DNA of 60,041 bases, counting the filler, from Basidiobolus ranarum (lineage: Eukaryota): NCBI GenBank assembly GCA_040143965.1. It is 6 parts of 6 records of this genome, joined end to end, with 100 filler letters (N's around TTAATTAATTAA, not from the genome) between each part and the next. Parts side by side here need not be neighbours in the genome. Positions count along the whole stretch, not along the records: positions 40,159 to 50,051 come from JASJQH010000766.1; positions 50,152 to 60,041 come from JASJQH010000767.1; 4 more parts are not named here. One strand, written 5' to 3'. Shown piece after piece: positions 40,608 through 52,976 of the stretch; the stretch's first letter is position 1; every line of letters starts with the position of its first letter. The position numbers were made by a program, and so were the translations under genes. Below the pieces are notes generated by a model. It saw only the letters and a program-made list of their open reading frames with translations. It ran no database searches and was not told the DNA's origin.

Positions 40608-42208
40608 TTATTGGTCCTCCTCATCAATCTCTGGGAGTGGGAAACTAAGAATGGCTGCCACACCGGTCAATTGCTCAAGTTCTAATATAAAAGAGGTTAA
40701 GGTGATATAACAATAAAATAGCACTAAGGGAATTTGTACTAACGTTCACCAGTAACATGTAAACTCGAGAATATATGAACCTTTCCGCCCATTGCTCTGA
40801 CTGATTCCACAAGATTAATGTATCGTTTACGGGTTGGGATATCGGCAGCTCTATTGTGAGCGATTTAGTGGATGTAGAGGGGAGATTGTTATTGAATATA
40901 CTATACCTGAACAGCCCATCGGTCAATAGTAACGTATCTATCGCACCCATCTCTTCAGCTCTTTTGATATGATCATAACCGTAATATGCTCTATCAGGGT
41001 CTTGATTGAGCATGACGTAGAAACGATCCAGTGCTTTGATCTCTTGGGCGGCTTTAGTGTCTGCGAGCTTTGCCTGGATTGATGGATCCTGCATTACTTC
41101 TTGCAGCGAGTGCTTGTGGCCACTAGAACTGTGTATCAACAAGAACTTGGGTTTATTTTCAAGTAAGACCTTGTTTTCACTTTTCTAATAAGAAAACCAG
41201 TGTTATTAGGCGAAGGAAAAGGTGTAATGTCCAAGAAATAATTTACCACAGCCTCAGCAAATATATACTGATAGAGTTGATCCTATATCGAGAAAATTCA
41301 AAGTTTCTTCAGCTCACCAGTTTATGTTCAAAATATTGCCTGGTTATACCTTAACGAACCCAGGACTAGCTATGATCACAGTCTTCACCACCGAAAAATC
41401 TACGTGTCTGATGATACCTTCCATGACCTGTTGATAAAACTTCTGCAACCCTTTTTCATAATTGGTAGTGGAGCCTTTGCGCTTCCTAGGTACGGGTGTT
41501 TCGATTCTCTGGCGTACAATAGTCATATGTTGAGTAAGTAAACATATATTTGCTAAGCCTAAAACAAACGACACGAAAGAGGATGAGAATCATAGAAAAG
41601 GTATTATTCGAACTAAAGCAAATAACTATGAACCTTCTTGTAGAACAACTGCTGCAACATCCGCTTTTTTAGTAATGTCACAAGCTTCTTCAACACGCTC
41701 CAAGGAAATAGTGTCCCATTCAGGCTTTAGTAGCGTAAAATTACGGTTTAATTCCAAGTCAATCGTATGATAAGCTCCCAGCTAAGTACAATACGTATGT
41801 TAGCATAAGGAAAATTTACTTCCCCGAGTATCAACATAATTTTCCGGAAGGGCAGGATATATACCTTAACATGTTTGTTCTCACTAATATTTTGACCGTT
41901 AATTCTTAACAAACCAGCTTGAGGATCGAAATTCACATCTGAAACAGTGATGGTCAAAGTCAACCGAACTCTTGTACTATCCACTGAACCGGTGTTACTC
42001 TCAGATTGAACTCGTCTATAGGGTAAAGTCAACAGAGAAACGACTTGAGCGAGGATAACAAACTTTTCACAAACCTAATGGTCACTGCTCGTAATTGATC
42101 CCCTTTCTGAATCAAATTATAGACGTGCCACATGTCTTCCAACTCTTCCGGATACAACGTAACATAGCCTGTCTTGTCTTTCTCTATATGCTTTTTGATA
42201 AGTTTCAT
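40608..42208 (-). CDS. DOM34: Dom34/Pelota ribosome rescue factor, multi-exon
   Basis: [49 protein letters not shown]-type [36 protein letters not shown] and [16 protein letters not shown]; stop at 40610-40608. Confidence 0.95.
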
Positions 42209-42577
42209 GACTTTGTACTAACAAAAAAATATACCAACTATCAATGATGGTTTATAACCAAGCACGAAAGCTATATAGATTATGATGAATCTTTTATGAC
42301 GTCAACCGAACACCATCCAACAAATTTTTTGATCAAGTTTTGGGAAATTTAAATGAACTGCTGAAGAATCTTGTCACGGACTCTCAAATAGAACAAATCC
42401 GGATATATAAATGATGGGAATTATATTATCGACCTGATGTTCCGTAGAATATTATGGCTATTATTAAAGATGCCTTTGGGCAAGCAATGTTGGATATTGA
42501 GCGGGATAAAGAAATAGGTGAAGAGGATTAAATTACATCTATACAAATAGTGATATAGTGGATAGGAATTGAGTGTT

Positions 42578-44192
42578 TTAGAGGGCTGCTCCATCTGGCC
42601 CACGATAAATAGCTATGACCACTGCCATGGAAAGAAAGAATAAGAATCGACACCACTTTAATATACTCTTGACTAGATACTTTACTAGTCTTCCGACCCA
42701 ACCAAAAAGTCCTCTTCTTGGCATCACCTCTTCTGAGTCCTCCTCTTCGGATGATTCTTCGAGGAGTTCCTTGGATTCATCGCCATTGAATATACTTCTT
42801 AGATAATCGTTGTGAAACGGTATAGGAGATGTAGGGCTCTGATAAGAACCGAGTGGAGTTCGTCCAGCAATGGGTGTAGAGGCAATGTATCCGCTATGGG
42901 CGATGGTACGTGGGGTCATTACGGTATTAGATATACTGTGTGTAGGGGTGGTTTGAATAAACCACTCAGATTCAAGCTCATTTAATAAGGTTCCCTTTCT
43001 TCTAATACTGGGGGAAGGGGTGTATCCCGAACTTCCAAGGAAGCTACTTCTGTTCGGACTTCGAAGCATGGACCCTAAGGGACTAGCAGTGGGTGATAAA
43101 ACTCCAGACACCGAACGAGGCGAAAATTGACCAAAGATATTTTGGATCCAGGACCTTTGATCCTCAACTGATTGTGATAGTTCGGCAACGTGCATTGATT
43201 GTCTTTCAAATGCGCTTTGTAACTCATTATAATCTCTAGCGGTGTCTTCCAAATCTTTAACCTGCATAGCGGCATCCTCAAGCTGATACATTGCTGATTC
43301 TAGTTTCTGCTCAAGATGTGACTTGAGTGAGAAAATGTTATCATTCAGCTTCTCTAATTCGGTAATCTTAGTAATTAATATGTCAACGACCTCATCTTCA
43401 GTTTGCTGATGTGTTTCTTTAGGAGAGTTTGACCTGTTGGATTGTTGCGAAGATGATCGACTACGCTGATCTTCACGACTGCGTGACGAAAGATTGTGAT
43501 TTTGATTTTCTAAATCTTGAACGGATTGACAAGCATGTTCTAACTCAAGACGTAGCTGCTCGACCTCATGTTCAAGTTTACGGATTCTACGATTTCCATT
43601 CTTTCGTATGTGATCATTTTCGTGCAAAGCATTATCGAATTTTTGTTGTAAATCTTGATTCATTTGTTCAAGAGAGATGATGGTATCTTGTTCATCATAT
43701 CGACTATTATTACGTTTAGGAGTGGAACGAAGCCGTGGTGGGAGTGAAGCTGGTGATAGCTCATATTTTGTACTTAACATAGTACCATTATCATTGTCTT
43801 GAATAAGTTTTTCATTGAGTGAATTTAATTGTTGGACATATTCAACTAGCTCTGAATATTTCTCTTGCAAGATGTCGTTTTCTTCAATTACATGGTTACG
43901 GAGTTTGGCAGCAAGTGTTAGTTCTATTCAACGTTAAAGCAATAATATCAATAACGTTTGATTTTTCAAGAGGTTGTTCTTGACCCAAACCTCTGTCTTT
44001 TTCCATTATCAAAGCGTAAGCCTCTCGAAGTAGTTTTTGAATCTCATTTTTAGTAAATCTACCTAAGGAGGCACGATGGCTGTGCTTACTAGGAGAGGCG
44101 GGAGACATCATTGGAGCAATAGAGTTCTCTACCGGAAGAGCCAAAAGAGCATCTACGGTAGATTCAGGAGAAGCCACAGGAAAAGTGTTCAT
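42578..44192 (-). CDS. Coiled-coil protein with an N-terminal CC1-box-like segment and a C-terminal membrane anchor
   Basis: Intron 43990-43924 joins EKDR|ELTLAAKLRNHVIEEN. This is followed by long heptad repeats, a Ser/Pro-rich region, TLLNELE and the hydrophobic tail WCRFLFFLSMAVVIAIYRGPDGAAL*. Confidence 0.75.
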
Positions 44193-45185
44193 ACAAGAAA
44201 GCAGGGTTCTCTAGGTTGTAACCCGCTATTACTTTCAGATGTAAAGACAAATGAGGAATGTATTAGCTTAATAGGATTGGGAGAAAAAGTAAGTCAGCTT
44301 ATGCATGTACCAAATGGGATGAGTTCTCTTAATTCAAGATATATTGATATTATAGAAAGTTGCATGGATTGGCTCAGGAGAGTAAGATAGATGATACTTG
44401 CCCCCAAATTGGAATAAAAATCTAAACTAAGGAATACAAATAAAATTACTTTAGTGACTTGGTTTGACGATTTCCCAGGGCCCTACGTATTTGTTATTTC
44501 AATTATCCCATAATAGATTGTTGATAAAAAGCGATACTTGAAACTTTGAATATTTAGCACTTTGTTAAGCTAACTTAACTAAGCTTAGTCAAACAGGCTT
44601 AACATTGTGCCACGGCGGCCCATTTCTTGTATCGCTCTAGATCTCAACTATCTCCACGTGAAATCACCACTTGACTGGTTATTACAAATTAGGGCTGTCC
44701 ATCTATTACTATTAGTTAGAACCTTGACAAATGGGAACTGAAACATCCTAGTTAAGATAAATATTACATTTAAGGACAGGCCGATTGTTCCAAACTTGCC
44801 GTGAATTTGCTATGACTTCCAAAATTTGGTAACGAAACGTGGGTTCCCTTTTATAGCTATTAATCATCCAAATAAGGTATAATCTAGAAAAGGGATATCA
44901 ATGCTTGGGTTACTGGAATACCCAGATATTGAGAAACATACTGGCACATCAAATACCACGCAACTATATTAGGCCAATGGTGATAAACAACTGACTTCAG
45001 ATGTTGCACACATTGGAGAGTTGTGTATATATATGTGTACGATCGAAGTTTGGGCCACTAAATCATCCCTTCCTTTCGCTTGGCCGAGTATTTGTGTCCC
45101 AAACTCAACCTTCAGACAATCTCATCACCTCAAATATCGTTGCAAAGTGCTTGTTCCCGGTTCGTAAACTCGTTGTGTACTGTCG

Positions 45186-48111
45186 ATGATGGAACGCACT
45201 AGTATTATATTTCAGCTAGCTATTATTGAAGGATGCCAACTGCCAGTCAAAGGTAGAGGTGGCAGCTCTGACCCTTTCGTAGTGGTACACTTTAACGGTA
45301 AAAAATATCGAACCGCCGTAGTACGACGCAACTTGAACCCTGTCTGGAATGCAGTGTTCAATTTCTCTGTGGAAGCATCCGATTTTCCCTTTTCTATGAA
45401 GTTACTTTGTTGTAGTAAAGATCGCATTCGTAAGAACTACATTGGCGAAGTCTGCTTGTCCACCCATCACTTGGTATCTGGAGAGCTCCCTAAGACTTGG
45501 GAACGAAGTGAGATTGAAGATCTTCAACTCGTGAATCATAAAAACAAGAATGAGAATCCAGGTTTTATCAAAATTAGATATGGTTTTGTCACGAGTGAGG
45601 ATGATATATGTGATTTCGTTTCTTGGAAGCCTATTTGGGATGCTTTTGCTGCTCAAAGTTTTCCTGTCTACACAAATTTATACCGGTCAAAACAAGAATC
45701 CAATGGATACTTGTCCTCTTCAACAGAGGATTTCAGTGAGACTATGAGAGAGCTTAGTGGTAAGTGATTATTCTTAAGCGTGCTAACGATTGCATACGTC
45801 TAATACAGTTTTGGCCTCTTTGCCTCATTTTTTCATTACTTCGACGCAGAGGCTACCACTGAGCGCTTAATACTTGGTCACGAAGCATCGGATTCTGGTA
45901 CCTTGTTTGAGGGTAGTAGCAGTGACTCTTGTAGTGATTCTACTCCGACTGGAGTTGATACGAAAAATCCACTTCTAGGCGTAGTGTTTATAGATATTCT
46001 ATCCTCTAGTGATCTACCTTATGATAAGAATTTAACGCGTACATCATTTGATATGGATCCATTTGTTGTTATTACTCATGGTAGAGAAACATTCAAAACT
46101 CGATTTCTTCGACACACTCTTAATCCCATTTGGAATGAAAGACTTTGCTTTCACATTCGCCGTTCCTACTTGAATCACGTTGTCAAATTCTCAGTATACG
46201 ACCACGATAAGTTTAGTAATAATGATTTCATTGGGAGTTATACTGTGACGGTCAAGGAGTTGTTGAGTCTCCAGGGGCAAGCCGCTGATAGCCAAAACAC
46301 GGTAATGGTGGAGAAAACGGTTCCTTTAGTTCTGGCTAAAGATAAGTGGAGGGAATCTTTCAAATCCAATTTGACTATCCGTGCTTCTCTGAAGACTACA
46401 GATGAGTTAAGAAGTGCACTTTGGATGGCATTAATCAAGCAGCACGATTCCGATGAAAATGGCTCAATAAATCACTTTGAGATTTTGTCCTTGTTGGAAT
46501 ACTTGAAGACCATGGCCCCGGAGAAATTGGCAGATCAGATTTTTAAAGAATGTGGAAAATCTCCAAATGTTGATGAACTTTCGTTTACCGAACTCATTAC
46601 CGTCTTGGAATCTTATACTAGAGAAGAAGGCTCAAAAGCCAGTATTGAATGTGACGATTCATTAAGGAGTTCAGAATTACTTGAAGATCTAGATCTACGA
46701 AATAACACTATCTCCCACGGCGAAGCTTATCCTAGAGGACAAAAGATGTTTTATATCGATACATGTCCCATTTGTTGTAAATACGACCTTTCGATGTTGA
46801 GTGATGCTGATATTGTAACTCATGTTGCTATTTGTACCATGGAGGATCCTGAGATACGCGTAGAGCGCTTGATGGTGGGCGACTTTGTTACCGAAGCTTA
46901 CGCTCAACGTAAATGGTTTGCTCGTGCTGTAAATAGGTTAGGGTATGGGCGTTACCGAGTTGGACGGAATAACGCCAACATTATTGTTCAGAATAGAGCT
47001 ACTGGACAATTGATGGAAGAGAAAATCCCGGCATATATTCGACTTGGCATTCGTCTTTTGTATAAGAACATTGCTTCTAAATCGACTGTAGATACGAGAG
47101 CAAGTAGGCATTGATTCACTAACTATTTTGAGAATCGTAAAATATGTTACTCATCAGCTTGACTGTTTTTTTAGTTCGTCGACTGCTAAAAGCCACTTCG
47201 TTGAAACAAGGGAGAAAATTTAATGATCCAGCTTCTATTAGTAGCATTCGTCCTTTCATCCAATTTCATCAGATAAACACTGACGAAATTCGAGATCCTA
47301 TCGAATCATTTAAAAACTTTAATGAATTTTTCTATCGCAAACTCAAACCCGAGAGTCGTGTTCTCGTTGCACCAAATGACCCTAGAGTTGTGGTGTCACC
47401 TGCAGATTGTCGATGTACATGCTTCCCTACCACAAATAATGCCACACGTTTGTGGATCAAAGGAGAAGATTTCACGATTGCCCGCCTACTGGGCGAAACA
47501 TCCGAAGAAAATCAGGTTTTGGCTCAAATATTTGAAGATGGCCCACTAGTTATTTGCAGACTGGCTCCTCAAGACTACCATCGATTCCATTTCCCTGTGG
47601 ACGGACGAGTAAGGTCTCACCAGGCACTTGATGGCCAGTACTTTACCGTAAATCCCATGGCTATCCGAAGTGGTCTTGATGTCTACGGAGAAAACAAGAG
47701 AAACGTAACTATTATTGAAAGCGAGCAATTTGGCCTAGTTGCATTTGTATCTATTGGAGCGATGATGGTATGGAATGCTGTGAATACCACTATGAGTCTC
47801 ACTATTAACAAGAGTTTTTTGAACAACAGGTAGGCTCTATCGAACTGACTTGTGAGCCAGGTCAGCGTTATTCTCGCATGGATGAGTTTGGATACTTTGC
47901 ATTCGGTGGATCTACAATAGTTTTACTTTTCCAGCAAGGGATGGTTAAATTTGACACTGATTTGGTGGAGAATTCTCAACGCTCACTTGAAACACTGGTA
48001 TGTTGTGATAGTTGTTTCCGTATTACGTATGTTCTGTTTACTCATATCATTCTACAGATACAAGTGGGTAACTCCATAGGTATTAGACCTGACGCTCTGC
48101 GAATATCATAA
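45186..48111 (+). CDS. PSD2: Phosphatidylserine decarboxylase 2 (two C2 domains, EF-hand-like region, catalytic domain)
   Basis: C2 motifs SDPFVVV..LNPVWN and MDPFVVI..LNPIWN, FVTEAYAQRKW, FNEFFYRKLKP, SPADCR, RLAPQDYHRFHFP, IGAMMVGS and the FGGST self-cleavage motif. Confidence 0.95.
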
Positions 48112-48639
48112 CCCCCTCTTGCTCCTTTTACCAATGCATGTCCGCGACAATATCTTGATTGACCCGAACTGATCATTTAAGATACCTCTAATGACCTTAA
48201 ATAGGAGATTGATTGACACATTTTAGTGATGTATATAGTGCATATATTTATATTTTATTAGATGCATTCAAGGTAGTTTCAAACCTTTGACCTTAAACAT
48301 CTTTCTCGTTTATTTTATATGGATCTTAGTCATAAATATACCAAGATTAACATATTTGGAAATGGACTGCTCAATATAAAATTCAAAGTATTTAGCTATT
48401 TCAACGAATCATCAATTTGCTATACAGCTGGCATTCCATATCTTTACATTATTACATGATATCCTAGGAAAAAGCGGTATTTAGTTTAAGTAACTATCTT
48501 TCATAGATACCGTGGGGGAAATTACTGAAGCAGTACACTATTACAATATTGTAACGAAAGAGTGCAGTTCAAGTTATTTACTACTTCGTGTTTCTCCACA
48601 TATCCTGATTTCATTCCTTAGAAAGCAAGCAGGCTCCAA

Positions 48640-50051
48640 ATGAGAAAAGGTAGACGCGGTGGAGCAAAAACTCGCAGTGGTAGAAAGAAAATTCAAGTGG
48701 GAAGTGATATATTTATAAGGTATGAATATCTATAAAGTCTATCCTCCTCCAGCTGCTAATAACCCGAATAAAACTCCAAAGTTCAAATGACAAACTTTCA
48801 TATGAAAATATTGACGGAGAGCTTTCGGCAGCCATATTGGACTACATTGAGGTAAAACAATATCTTTGAAAGTTAAGAATCAGACGGATTTTAAACTACT
48901 TATTCTTTGGAAGAATGTTAGAGAAAATAATGAAATCGATAACATGAAATTTTTAAAATCTCTTTCTTTCGAAGATCCTGAGTTATCTTTATCATTAAAG
49001 TCTGATGCATCAAGCTCGAGTGAATCTGGAGATTTTCATAAAATTGGTTTTGACTACGAATGTACCACCAATCTGGACGAAGTAAAAGAACAAAGTCAAA
49101 CTGTAACTTCAGAGGAGGCAGCTCTCAATAGTGAATTTGACAGTCTTGTACCCAGTATTCAGAAAAGAGGTTTGTTTTACGACCAGTTGAATAGAATTTA
49201 TATATTCAATAATCCAAATGATTATTCTGGTGTTGTTCAGACATTCAAGCTCGATCGAAGGCGAAACAGGAGGCTTATAAGCCTAGCAGAGGCACCAAGC
49301 AAGAGCATCACAAGAGTGTAGACTTTAAAGGAATTGATCGGTATTGTTCTTGTTTTCTAGTTTGAAATGAGATAATTAGACCAAATGTTGACCCTTCGAA
49401 TCCACAGAGAAAACATCAACTCGATCGATGGCTCCAGTCTTATGAGGTTAGATAAACCTCTTGAATCTAGATATTTTAGGATAGTAGTTTGCTGACTTAT
49501 TCGTAAATATCCTCAGTTGTCCATTACCAATAGCACCTAAAATGGCCTCCTCCTATAATATCCATTCACAAGTTGTTGGCTCAGAGAGCGAGAGGTAGGC
49601 AATTGGAATCACCAACAAACGGCGTCTCTCTCACATATATTGAGAATAGGTCCCACATCACACCGAAGACTAGAAGTACTCCAATTCCTAAGCAACGGGA
49701 ACGTGTAGATAAGTTTGTACAGCGCGCGGAATCATGGTTAAATCTACCCACATCCAAAGGCAACAGCAGGAAAACCGGAATGAAAAAATCCTCGAGACAA
49801 CCAATCAAAATTAAACTAGGCAAAGATATTTCTTTTGTTCATTATTAAATTCATCAATATGTTGACTCTTCTCATTTCAGAACCTGTTCTAGCCCCTGCT
49901 CATGGCACAGTAGTCGGAGCGGAGGCTAAGCCACTCCCTGAATCGAATATAGGCCATCAATTGCTTTCCAAAATGGGGTACATACTCCTTTTAGAGAGAT
50001 CGCTTCAAGTCAATTGCTAACATTGTTTCTCGCAGTTGGTCACCTGGTCAG
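48640..50051 (+). CDS. Sqs1-like protein with an R3H-like region and a G-patch, cut by the spacer
   Basis: Basic N-terminus MRKGRRGG, ILDYIE|N, R3H-like MASSYNIHSQVVGSESERSHITPKT and G-patch VGAEAKPLPESNIGHQLLSKMG|WSPGQ, with many short introns. Confidence 0.7.
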
Positions 50052-50151
50052 NNNNNNNNNNNNNNNNNNNNNNNNNNNNNNNNNNNNNNNNNNNNTTAAT
50101 TAATTAANNNNNNNNNNNNNNNNNNNNNNNNNNNNNNNNNNNNNNNNNNNN
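50052..50151. other. Artificial contig-joining spacer
   Basis: N44-TTAATTAATTAA-N44. Confidence 0.98.
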
Positions 50152-52004
50152 TATGTTTCACCTTGCAATATCTATATAAGCCCCATGTATTCCTTGATCA
50201 GACCTCAGTCTGATCAACGCCAGTTATCAATAATGATTCTTGCCAAAGTATCTTCCTTGTCCAGTCTTGTCTTGTCTTGTGGTCTACACCCAAGTACTCT
50301 CCTGCCTTCTAGCCTGTTGTTGTTGTTCCCAGTCCTTGTCCAGTTCCTTATTGTGACAGTAATTTGCCATTTGAAAATTATATTTTTGCAAAAATTGCCA
50401 GATATTGAATAACACATGCCAAATTTGAGGATCAATATTTTAACATGTATGAATACCATCAAAATACCATCAAGAAACTGCCATCACACCATCAAAATCC
50501 CTGGCAGAATGCAAGCCACTGATATTGTGACAGTTCTTCAATGGTTGTGCTATTTCAGAGGGTGGATCCAATCCAGATCAAATGGATTTTATTTTTGTTA
50601 AGGCTAGCTATACAGCAAAAGAAACCATACCACCTCAGTCCAAAAACCAAACTCAACTATGCCAGGCAGCCAAAGGAACATCCCAAGCTAGGTCACAGTT
50701 TTCTCCAATTTTGCAAACCACTTTCAACAACCTTCCAAATAATTCAGCACAGCTGGCAGTAAATCAAAAGCAACTATCAATGGTGTTAGCTTCAAAGACA
50801 GCAATAAGTACTCAGAAGCTATTCAAGAGTATTTCACTTCCAAAGTAGATCAGTGAGCACAACCAGCCTGTTTTGCTTTTTTGCAGAAACTAGCAAGACT
50901 TGTGCCAAGTACAGCCAATGAAGAGAACTTTAAGGAGAAACTAAATCAGTGGTGACACAGTATTGTAGTATTACCTCTGCTTTGAAAAAGAACCCCAGCA
51001 GGAGTGTGCTGATTAAATGGTGGATTCTTTTTGCACTCATAATATAACATAACAAGGGAGATATTACTCTTCATGCCATAACTCAATGTAATATATAAGT
51101 GTGGTTAAATTTGGTCAGAATATCATGAATAAAAGTCAAATTATTTTAATGTGTGCTGTGAAGTTCATCCTAATATAAGTGAGAAGTTTTTACAAAGAAT
51201 TTTAGCCAAAAATAGATGGACAATCTAATAGAGTGATAAATTGGGTAAGCTGCCAATCAATTTTTCATAGTTGGAAATCAGTTTTCATTGAAATTGTGAT
51301 GGAATTCTGACAGCAAATCAGGATCAAGTGGCATTTTTGCCAATTTCTCTCTGGGATTTCAACTTGCATTTTTCATGGGGCAAGTTAGTCAATTGTTTGA
51401 GATATTCTGGAGTATTTGTAATAAGATGTAATAGATAAGTGGGGGTAATAAGACATGCTGGTTATATAGTTATAGACATATTACTAATTAGAATATAGGG
51501 GCCATGGACATGTTGCTTTCTGTTTCTGATATATGTAACATAGCTAAAGTTAACCAAGTTGTTGAATAAAGATTATCTATCTAACAATTGGATATCATTT
51601 TATTAGAGAGACAATTAGAAAATAAGTTTATTGACTAGACTTGTGGTACTATAGAGAACATGGTTGCTGATATATCAACTAAACCATTAGCTAGGCAGAA
51701 ATTTTAAAGACCTTCTTTAACATTAGTTTGTATGACTATTTAGTTGTGGGAGAGTATTGAGACATTACATCTTGACAAAACTATCAATTAGTGAAATCAA
51801 CCAATTCTTCTAGGTCTCCAAACCACTTCCAACAAACTCCAAAAATACTTTATCAATGTTTAAGGATTAGGTTTTCTGTATTTACACCAAAATATATAAA
51901 AACATTATCTCAAGTCAATATATAATTATATTGTGGATAGTATTATAGTCAGTTTTCATTCAACTGAAACCTGAGAAGAATCTAGTAAAAAAGAGATTGT
52001 CACA
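50152..52004 (+). mobile_element. Decayed, internally deleted Ty1/copia LTR retrotransposon
   Basis: Protease relic *MVDSFCTHNIT at 51014 (compare copia WxxDSGCxxHMT). RNase H C-terminal relics YHFIRETI and CGTIENMVADISTKPLARQKF at about 51592-51706 (compare ADxxTKPL). Polypurine tract GTGGGAGAG at 51746-51754. Many stops and frameshifts. Both boundaries are approximate. Confidence 0.75.
51755..52004 (+). repeat. Putative 3' LTR of the copia relic (right end uncertain)
   Basis: Starts TATTGAGACA right after the PPT and contains TATATAAA near 51893. Candidate ends are TCAATA (51920), TCAAC (51964) or TGTCACA (52004). No second copy in the window to confirm. Confidence 0.4.
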
Positions 52005-52078
52005 TGTGACCTCATTTATTAAGACTATTTACAGCATAATTTTACATGGAGTGGCTGTTGACCATAATTTGGAGCTCC

Positions 52079-52976
52079 TTAAAGCTCGTCATGATTATGC
52101 TCAAACTGAGCAAAGCTTTTCATAGCTAGTTCATATTCTTCATCACGAAATACACTAAAAGCTTCCCAGAAAGCAAGATCACATTCTTTCTTCAATACAC
52201 CACCGATTATTTCTGGTACACGGGTATCTAGTCTATTTCCACCTAAACGTGCAGACTTCACCACTTCCTCCCTGTTTAGAGTGAACGGTTAGAATAATGA
52301 AAAGGAAATATCGTCCTGAGTGAAAGGGTATTTACATGCGAAGCATCAATTGTTGACGACCACTCTTGTTAATGTCGGGAATGGAAGTTCCCCATACAAC
52401 TCTGGCAACTCCACGATAGATACTTTGTGAGGCACACATAGGACACTTTTGGATAATATTAATATTTAAGCTTAAGACGTGGATAAGAAATGAAAATTCT
52501 TACTGGTTCACCGGTTGTGTAGAGAGTCTGATGGGACCAATCGAGTCCAGGGTTATTCATGTCGTCATTAGTGGGAGAAGGATACATCTGTGTACAACTA
52601 AGAGAGCAAGAAGAGTGAGAATATGTCTTATGTAAAATATTAATCAATGGTAATTACTTCCAAAAAGCAGCAGTCTCTCCTAAAATGAGAAAGGATGTTT
52701 AGAGGTGTTTGTGCAGATACAACTTAGTGTACATAACATACCGTGCATAAGCTTATTTTGCTTGTTACTGTTGGCACCGTAGCAAGAGATTTCGTTCTTT
52801 AGGTGATCTACAATTAGTGCACCAAAAGGAAACCCAGGATTATGCACTTTAGCAAAATCGAGAGCAATACGCATGTAGCATTCGTCGTTCTCTTGTTGAT
52901 TGGCAAATTTACAGGAGGATTCCGAACTACCAACGGCTAAGATAGTAAGAATGGCAACACGTAAGATTGATAACAT
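52079..52976 (-). CDS. Cytidine/dCMP-deaminase-fold zinc-dependent nucleobase/nucleoside deaminase (GuaD/TadA-like) with signal peptide and C-terminal HDEL
   Basis: Five exons: 52976-52742, 52679-52658, 52597-52504, 52445-52337 and 52271-52079. Spliced protein has YMRIAL..PFGALIV, HGETAA, LYTTGEPCPMC and RVVWGTSI, and ends HNHDEL*. Confidence 0.85.

Noticed and set aside
49590-49650. Apparent premature TAG in the Sqs1-like gene
   Set aside because: It falls inside a GTAGGC...AATAG intron, and splicing restores the frame (ESER|SHITPKT).
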